Below, one piece after another: positions 40,265 to 64,000 of a stretch of 64,000 nucleotides of DNA. The notes under the pieces were generated by a model. That model was given only the letters and a program-made list of their open reading frames with translations. It was not told the DNA's origin and searched no databases. The DNA is taken from assembly GCA_012295275.1 (NCBI GenBank), contig CM022666.1, positions 1,178,001 through 1,242,000 of the forward strand. Reading direction: 5' to 3'. The DNA is from Chrysomallon squamiferum (Eukaryota; Animalia; Mollusca). A program made the translations under genes and the position numbers. Every line of letters begins with the position of its first letter. Position 1 is the first letter of the stretch.

Positions 40265-41699
40265 GTGTGAACTGAATTCATAAATATATTCATACCCACA
40301 GTATACATGTACATAAATATTTATAATTAATTAAATTTTACAAAATAGACAATGAAAACAACATGCACGTCTAATTATAAATATTACAATCTGAAATGTG
40401 GTTGGCAAAATATTTGCAGTTGTGACAAAACTTTATATGCATATTTATTTTACTGAAAACAGTGAGAAAATATACCATTCCAATATTTCAAATAAAACAA
40501 AAAAATAAAAAGAAGAAACTTCAGCAAAATAAAAGGATTTCCAAAAGATTTATTAAGTTTGGAATTTCTGGTTCTGTTATGAAACAGAAATTTTCTCATA
40601 TTCATAGGAATACAGTGAATTTTAGTTTTAATAATCAAATAATAAAACATTGACCAAACTTACATTTAACCTAAAAAATATCTTATTACTATTTTAAATT
40701 ATTTATTTATATACTGTCTTTGGTGGCTTCTTACTTGTTTAAAAAAAAAAAAAAACAAGAAAACAATTATCATTTTTTAGTCAACAAAAACTAAATATTT
40801 TATGAAATTGTGACAACAGTTTTGTGAGTTTTAAGAATAATATTTATCAAATATTTATCAAACTTGTAAGTGGCTTAAGTAATATAAGATATATTGAAGT
40901 GAATACACACATTTATATATTAATAAACCAGTAGATTGTGTAGTTGCATATCAAGATGAAAGAATGATAATATTAGAACATTTTGGGATAATGTGGTTAT
41001 ATCTCAAATTTAAACCTAACAGTTACTGAATGTTAGTGTTAGTGGGTTTGAGTACATTGTGGTTAAACATATATAAGATTAATTTTTATGCACACACTTT
41101 TTTGGTAATAGGAAATAATATTCATAAATATATAATATTTTTTGAACTCTGACAAACATTTAGTGGATATGAATACCAAACCTGAACACTGAAATATATA
41201 TTATATAAATAAAAAAATTAAAAAAAACCTTCAATCATTTTCTTTTTTGAAACAATACATTAAGTACAATGTTACATTTAATATTCCTGTCAATGGATAA
41301 AATATTTATTTGTTACAGAAAATTATTAATAATCATAACTATTTAAAATAATAACAATTTCTGAATTATGAAATTACTGGCATTATGAAAAAAAAAAAAA
41401 AGGATTAAAAAAAAAAAAAAAAAAAAAAAAATAAAATAAAATAAACTAATGACAGTGTTCTCAAATTTCGAAGAAGATCGATTCTGGTTTAGCCAGGACA
41501 AAATATCTACAAAGCCTGAGTACACAGTGGCTAAAGCTTTAAAATGACATTGCGCTGACCACTCAGATGTATTAATATGTAAAACGAACACGTTAAAAAT
41601 AAAACACGTAATTTATACTTCCATGTGTGGCTCTCACTAATTTCTTCACAGTAATTACACAGTCTGCAATTACTGCATCTCTGTGCTAAAACAGGAGAA

Positions 41700-42320
41700 A
41701 ATGCAATCATGTTCTTTCATTTTCACTTACTTAGTAATTTGCAAAAATAGTACATTATAATTATATTTTCAGTTTCTTAAAAATAGGGGAAAACAAGGAT
41801 ACATTGTAATAACATTTTTTTTTTTTTTTTTTTTTTATATTTTTCAGTTATTTAGAAATATGTGAAAAAGTACACCTTGTAATTACTTTTTTTTTTGTTG
41901 ACATTTTCAGTTATTAAGTAATATGTAAAAATAAAACAAATTGTAATTACATTTTTACATTTTCAGTTGTTTTCATTTATTTAGTAATTAATAAAAATAG
42001 GAGGAACTGAAATTACATTTTTACATTTTCACATTTGTAAGTAATTTGTAATATGTGAAAATAATAAAAACTAATTACATTTTTTATATTTCCTGTTAAC
42101 TGTGAAAATAACACAAATTTCAGTTACATTTTCACTTTTCCACATTTAGATGTAAAAATAGTATATACAGTCCTTCAATTTTCAGGGTTTTTTTTTTTTC
42201 ACATTTACTAAAAGGTGAAAATAATACATTTTGCAGTTACATTTTCTCATCTCAACAGTTTTGTAGTAAAATGTGAAAAACAGTACAAATTCAGCGAGAT
42301 CTTGTTTCCCCTCACATTTA
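41700..42320. repeat. Degenerate tandem repeat of about 55-65 bp (ATGTGAAAA...AATTACATTTTTACATTTTCAG)
   Basis: About 10 decaying copies in the presumed arrestin 3' UTR. Confidence 0.6.
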
Positions 42321-43843
42321 CAATTAACAATATAACAAAAAAATGATACAAACAGAAATTAAAACAAAGCTGTAATCAGATTCTCATGTCAACAGGTTGC
42401 ATTGTGGACAGATATCCCAGCAGTATAGCAAATATATAAATATATATTTTCAAAACCATTTTAAAACATTTTTTTTTAAAGATGTTAAATGTCCATGAAT
42501 TGATTTGAGATGTACTAAGTACCTTTACAATGACAAATAAAACCACTGTTTTGGTTTCTTGTTTCCATTTTTTTGTGACACTGAACAATAATTTTGGGAT
42601 TAAGTAACATTTTTGGAATATTCTGTTATCTCATATTCATTCTTTGTGGTGTGTAAGTATTTTGGGCATGTTAAGCTATCTTCGTATTCATTTACGTCAT
42701 AACCTACATTTTTGTTATCATTACCAATTTCCAAAGCTTTATCAGTTGCAAAGATATGCTTAATGGAACAGTGATAGTGATGGAAAATGTGAAGAAAGCC
42801 TGATTCTTTTTTTTTATGTAGTAACTGAAGAAGTCCTTCAGAAGCATATTTAGTTGTTTCTTTTTTTTTTCTTTTTTTATGCTGGAGTCACATTAAATGA
42901 GGTAATTTGTATTAAATCTCAAGATAAAAAAATATAATTCAGCACATTTCTCTCTGTTTTAGTGTGAAGGGTAATATTTTAAAGAGCCTTCCCTTTTGCT
43001 TTTTTAAAAAGTAACTGCATTTTTGACATACTGTATTAAAAACATCTTGATGTCTGTCTGTTTATATAGAATAATATAAAAAGTAAACTGGTATGTTTTA
43101 ACATGAACAGTACTAATATCCTTCTTTTAAATAAAATAATAATAATAATTAAAAATAGAAATCAAACAGATCAAGATCAATGTTTCAAATAACAGGAACT
43201 CATCAGCTGCCTATTTTAAATATATGCATAGAAAAACAAATCTTTGAATCTCTAAAATTTAGGGAAAAAACAAAACAATTATAATATAAACAGAATGTTA
43301 AATTTTATCCTCCAAAATAAATCAAATATCCCACTTCAAAATGTCAAATAAACAAAGGATTAATAAAATATGGAGGCTATCTTTCAATTTAGTTGTTGTT
43401 GATTTTTAATAAGAAAGAGAAATAATAAAACAGAAACAATAAAAATAATAATAATAAACAAATTGTTAAACGTAACTTACTGTTCCTTTTTTTTAATTTT
43501 TTTTTTTTTTTTTTTTTTGAGGGAGGGGCAGTGAAGTATTTGTAGAGAGAATTAAGAATTTTGATAACAAAATTAAGTACTTTTCTGTGTAGCTTGTCTA
43601 ACACATGAAAACCTGTTGTTTTTTATTTAAAACAATTTAATCCATAGTCTCATATAATTAAGTTTATCCAGTTTAGTTTAAAAAAAAACCAGTATTGTGC
43701 ATTATTCTTACTAGCTTAATCAACAAAACCAGAAAATAAAATGCTTCCTGAATAGTATCATGTTGGTAGGCAACACTGTTGTCATGAGATTCTTTTTCCT
43801 AATAATTACTTAAAATAATAAAATATACATGCCTACCAAATCA

Positions 43844-43889
<46 letters not shown>

Positions 43890-44114
43890 AGTATATATGT
43901 TAATTTTACACAATCATAATGTTTAACAGATAAACATTGCAACCACAGTGAACACAATTCAATAAATAGCATTATTGTACATAATTTCCTTTCTGTTCCT
44001 TTAACATACATAAATTGTTATTGAGGGGGCGTAACTCAAAAGGCCAATTCCACTGCAGGTGAATTGAGTTATCCCCCTTTGAGCTGGGGCCCACACTGGG
44101 TGTTGTGAATTACT

Positions 44115-58476
<14,362 letters not shown>

Positions 58477-59300
58477 CTGAAATAACAAACAACAGTAAAA
58501 AAGCAATGAATTAACAAACATTTGTGTGATGTCAGATCAACACATTTTAATATTAATGGTTATTAGATACAAAGCAGATGTTTCCTTGTAATGTAAAATG
58601 AAACTCACTAAGGGTTATTTGTTGTCAATTAGCAGAAAGAGGTATTTCATACGCACCTTTCCATGAACAGGAAAGCATGTATCATACATATGAAAACATT
58701 TAATGTTATGAAGGCATTTTGGAATTTTTCTTTATATATATGTATTTATATATATAATGAAAACATTTAAAATTATGAACACATTTTAAGAATTTATATG
58801 TACATATATATATAAAATCTTGTTTCAGGAACAGACCTGTAAAATAAAATCCAGAAATAATAAACTGTGTAAAAGCACAATAACAGTTAAAAAAAATAGA
58901 TATCAGAAGTCAGGTGACATTATATATTTTTGAGGAATATTTTGGTTTATTTTTTGATGTCTGGCACATAGTAGCATATAACATATTTAGCATGCACTCA
59001 TAAAGATCAAGCTGCATGATAAAGCCAAATAAAAACAGTCAATACAAAATGAATCTTCTTTAGACAACTGTTTTTTGTTTTTTTTTAAACCAGTAACGAG
59101 TACTGCTGGAACGGGAAATTACTCAATGAGCATGCTGAGGAGATTGATCCTGCAATCCATTATACCTAAGCTCCATGCTTGAATCATGGAGCCACTCTCC
59201 AGACTTCAGTGTTTTAAGGTTTATTAATAATTTAAACACACAGAGACATTTTATTCTTGATTATGAATGAAGACCATTAATAACCTCAGGTAACATTTTT

Positions 59301-59347
<47 letters not shown>

Positions 59348-59775
59348 AATTTAGGCTGTGCACACAAAATAATAATGAAAGCTATTTCCTTTCTATTTAG
59401 AAAGACTTTTTAATGGGAAATCTCAACAGTTGTGTCAGAATGTGATGTGTTTCGACTGTAATTGAATATTTTCAACCTAAATAGAGTCTGCAGGGCTGTG
59501 ATTGAATCATTTATAACGTTTGAGTGTTTGGAAATGTTGTGTGGAAAAGCCACTTTCAACTGATACAAAAATTAAGCAAATGAAATGTCTGTACAAAACT
59601 TGAATTCCATTTTGCCTTATCTAGTTATAAAAGACCACTATCTGAGCAATGTATGTGAGTGAATGATAGAGGAGGAAAGAAAGAAAGGAAAAAGGATGAA
59701 AGAAAAGGAAGGAAGGAATAGTTAGTATCTCAACAGAAAAATGAACTGGATATCAGAAACAGGTGTCATTTTGTA

Positions 59776-59811
<36 letters not shown>

Positions 59812-60199
59812 TGTGAGTGTGTGTGTAATTTCTACAAATATTAAATGATTTGAATGGTTAATTTTATTTTATTATTTTTTTTTTTAATCAAGATAATCCA
59901 TTCTCTCTCACAAGGGGAATAAAATAAATAAAAATTAAATCCCTAAACATATTTTAATTTTAATTACTATATTCTGTGGCTAATTTTCTTTTCTTTCTTG
60001 CTTTCTTTATTTATTTACTTATTTATTTTTTTAGTTTAAAAACATTTTCAAAGTGGCAATAACATAACTTACACTGAATTTTTTGTTTGCTTTTCAGATT
60101 TATCTTCCAGTGAATATAATCTAGAGCTTCAGAGAAAATCATTGGAGCTGCCACTTCACATACTTTCAGTGATGGTCTTTCAAGACTGCAGTTAAATCA

Positions 60200-60960
60200 A
60201 TCAAAGTGCTTGCCTCAGACAAAATGTATCATGGGATTCAACAAGTTCAAAGTATTTTTTTCCAATTCTAACCATTTTTTTGTTAAATACTTTAGTTTTA
60301 AAAGAATAATTTTTCTTTGCTGAAAATGACTCTTCAACATACAGTATTTTTTTTTTTTTCATTTTAACCTCTTTTTTTAAAAAAACTTTGAGAAAACTGA
60401 TTCCCATTTGTTTCCAAACAGTGAAAATGAGTCCTAAATCCATTATTTTCCATCTGAAAGAGATTTAATGCTCCATCAAAAATTGGTTTTGAAATATGAA
60501 ATTTCTGTTTCATTCCAGTCAGAATGGACTCTTCAACAGAGACTATGATTGTGAAATAAAAAATTTCTTTCTACTGCTACTGAGTGGAAAAGATATTTGA
60601 TGAGCCTTATTATTTCCCAATCCAAACCACTTCTGTCTCATCAGAAACCATGGATTTAAAACACCAAATTTACCTCTGTTTCTATTTTGTAGAAAAGACT
60701 TTTCAAAGCATATTATTATTTTCCATCTCAACCAGATTTAATGCTCTGTCAGAAACTATGGTTTTAAAATTCTAGATTTCTCTCTGCTCCAACTCAGAGA
60801 AAGACTTCTGAGAGCCATATTTTCCTTCCCAACCAGTTTTAATGTCTTATCACAGATTATATTTTACAAACAATGGGAATGATTCTTTGTTTAGTTCAAA
60901 AGGGCAGGTATTATTTGCCCATTCCAAAACAGTTCTAATGCTATCACAGACTATCTGAAA
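60200..60960. repeat. Old degenerate tandem repeat in an arrestin intron (TTTCCA...TTTAATGCT...CAGAAAC...GGTTTTAAAA)
   Basis: Recurring blocks at about 60447, 60614, 60720, 60825 and 60915. Confidence 0.45.
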
Positions 60961-63900
60961 CAACTGGTTTCTGTATGATTGAGTTTCTAATCAATGGTAC
61001 ACTACCAGCAGATCAGTCACTCTGAATATTTCTGTTTTTGCTTTGATGTATTGATACAGTGATTGGTTTGTGAAAAATGGATCAGATGAGTGATCTGACT
61101 TGATGAACCTGTTCAGTCAAGCTTCATTCCAATCCGTGCTACTGTCATTTTAATGGATTTGTTTGGAATTCTTCTTCTTCTTATTATTATTTTTTTTTTT
61201 TATTATTATTGTTGCAACTACATGTATTCCATGTTTATTTTACATTAATCCAAACAATAACTATAATAATATTAATAATAATAATACATGAAATATAAAT
61301 ACATTTTTTATTTTTTTTTTAAATTTCAATATTACAAACATTCTGTGGGTTAGATCCCATAACTAACACAATTATTCAACATAACAGTCAGTCTCTGTGA
61401 CATCTTTAACATCATGATGAAAGGCAAAATGTCACTAACTTAAACACCCCTTTCATCAAATCGCCTACAAGTAACAAAACACAAGCATTTCTTTCATCAA
61501 AAGATGTAATCATTAACAGCCAGGCCAATGTCATCAAAACAAACATGTCTTTTTTTTTTCTCTCTCTCTTTCCTCACAATAATTTCTTTAATATTGAGGT
61601 TCCTGCTGAACAAGCTTTCTGTTCAGAAATTCTGCTAGATTAGAAAAATGGTGTGAAAGCCGAGAGTCTACAGCGACTCGCAAACTTCAATAACAAACAT
61701 TTATCTTACATAGCACGGTGAGTTCCCTTGCTAATCGTGTAACATTGATCGTACAAAAAGTAATTAATGACTTCAGCTGAGAAAGAGATAGCAGGATGAT
61801 ACTGAGTACAAGCTACACTGAAGCGTGGTTTAAAGATGTAGTCTTTGCTGGGATACATCGTCTAGTTTACGTGCAAGGATTTATCTTCCAAATGTTTAAA
61901 ACGAAGCACAAATTAGTAAATCGCCTGGAACAACAATGTGATGTCTGAAGAATTTCTGAACGTGCTCTGGGGTAATGTGTAATTTTCAAGTGTAAAGATT
62001 TTTCCTCTTTTTTTTTTTTTTTTTTCCCTTCTTTTCTCTAGTGTTGTATTAAAATGACTGATATTTCTGGAATGACTAAATGGATGGGTCTACTTCCTAA
62101 TTATGCTGTTTACATTATTATACTTAACATGATTTATCATCTAATAAATACTGTTCTGAACAAACAATGCCAAATAATTATCTAATTAGGTGAAAACAGT
62201 CTTATAAAAAAAATGTCATATTTAATGCCTGCTAGTTAGAAAATCCTGGCTGTACAGTGTAATTACATAAACAGGCCCACTGACTTACAAAACAACACAA
62301 ATGTTTCTTTATATTCACTGCATAGTTCCCTGTAAGCAATTTATTAATTTTTTGACGTCAACACAGACTAACTGAAAACAAATGGGCTATTATAAGTTTA
62401 TTTTGTATGTAGGAAGGGTATGGGTTTGGATTGGGTATGTGCAGTTCTATATAACCCATTACATGTTAAGGCATTTTGCTTGCACATGCGTGTGCGTGTG
62501 CGTGCATGCTAGTATGTGTGTTAGCATGTGTTAGCAAGCATGCTTACATGCGTAATTTTTTTTCATTAATGTGATAACACTGACTCTGTTAAGAAACAAA
62601 TTTGGAAAAAAATGAAAAGTGTAAAGCACTTTATAAATTAACTTGCAAATATTTTCTCAGGAAATGTTTTACAAACACCACAATATTCATTCATGAAGTC
62701 ACCACTATCAAACTGATTTCATCACGCAGGTTATCGTCCTTTCGTATAATCAACTCTTCTTTTTTTCTATTCCTTTCCTTTCCTTTTTTTTTTCTTCTAT
62801 TTTTTTGTTTTTTGTTTTTTGTTTTGTTTTAAAAGGTCAATTTATGTTTGATTAGATATGTTAGTGGATGCCTTTGTTCTCTGGTTAAAGATGGAACATA
62901 TTTGTATTTAACAGTTCGCGAGAGATGTTTCATCTCGTGTTTATACGCTCAGATTAGATGGTACGTAAATACTCTAACCCCACACTGTGTGTGTAGATTA
63001 AGTGTAATTGGAAAGTCTATTTCAGTCTCTTTGCCTAATCCAGCATACTGGTTAATGTTAGCACATCAGGAAAAAGCTCTGTTAAGCTGAGTTACGCTCA
63101 ATTCCTGATCAATAGCAGACTTTTTTCTGTTCCAGATCTATGTTCTGTCAGTTTGGTAGAAGTCTTTATATACAGTGAAATAAACAAAAGAACTAACATA
63201 CATATAAAAAAATTAATGTTTAACATTTCAGCAAATTTTTTATGCTATTAGGATTCAATCTTGCATAAATCTGATCTGAACTGAAACATTTTCTATAGCC
63301 ACTTAAGGGGCTATTCCACAAAATTAGCAGACAAAGATTCTTTCACATAACCTTCCCATTAACAGGAGACTACATATCATAGAATCTGATAACATTGGGA
63401 GCACTGGGTGGAATAGGAAGTGACCCAGAATGTGTACTAAGAAATATACAGAGAAATTATCTTTTTCCACACAAATACTACACATAGTTTTAACTTCATT
63501 ATTATTTTATTATTATTTATCAACCAATAATCAAGCTAGGTGAATTTTAAATATTTTTTAATCATTATTATTTTATTTTTTTATGTATAAAATAAATATT
63601 TATATGAAAATAAAGGATATGTCAGATGAAAATAAAGATATCTTTCTTAATACTGCCGTCATGGTTGGCTTCAGTTTTTATCAGCTGGAGATCAATAAAC
63701 TAATAAAGGCTTATGAAGAAAACTGTATGTTTAAAAATAAATATTTATCTGTGGGACGTATGTATAAAATAAAATATTTATCTATGACACAGATGTATGA
63801 AATAAATACAATCCAAAGTGAATGCGAAGAGATATGTTAACAAAATAAAGATGAGAAGTGGTGTTTTTTATGAAAATGTTTAGTACTTACTTGTTGTCTC

Positions 63901-64000
63901 TTTCATAAATAATCAATCAGTTTGATAGCACTTAGCAGCAAAATGTAGGCTACATCAGTTTTATATGTTTCAGAATCTAATGTTCCAAGAGACAAATACT

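Noticed and set aside
44040-44070. Iron-responsive element or SECIS in the arrestin 3' UTR (CAGTGG on the minus strand)
   Set aside because: No 5-bp upper stem with C bulge around the CAGUG, and no SECIS ATGA/GA core geometry.
58477-64000. Further upstream arrestin exons (RKDL...LQERL..KLG)
   Set aside because: No matching reading frame with splice sites found by eye; probably beyond the window.

Overview
This is very AT-rich, microsatellite-laden animal genomic DNA (an invertebrate, plausibly a mollusc; the taxon is inference). It contains four spliced genes, which I assembled by hand from GT-AG exons with consistent phases. (1) The 3' half of CASK/LIN-2 (+, SH3-HOOK-guanylate kinase, 710-11609), including a duplicated, probably mutually exclusive GK exon pair. 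(2) ALKBH2 (-, 19481 to about 21008). (3) SAP130 (+, 23286-33763, 18 coding exons), head-to-head with ALKBH2. (4) The 3' part of a beta-arrestin (-, 44115-58476) with one apparent 1-bp frameshift. Most long ORFs in the supplied track are translations of microsatellites. The most striking signal is that tandem repeats have arisen repeatedly, from unrelated sequences, exactly across exon-intron junctions. These are about 70 copies of a CASK acceptor plus exon start, 3 copies of a CASK donor, about 13 copies of the SAP130 last-exon acceptor, and several copies of both the donor and the acceptor of one arrestin exon. In the large CASK array each 51-55 nt unit reads GT...CTAAC...AG like a miniature intron and regenerates CAG|GT, which suggests recursive splicing or intron birth by tandem duplication.
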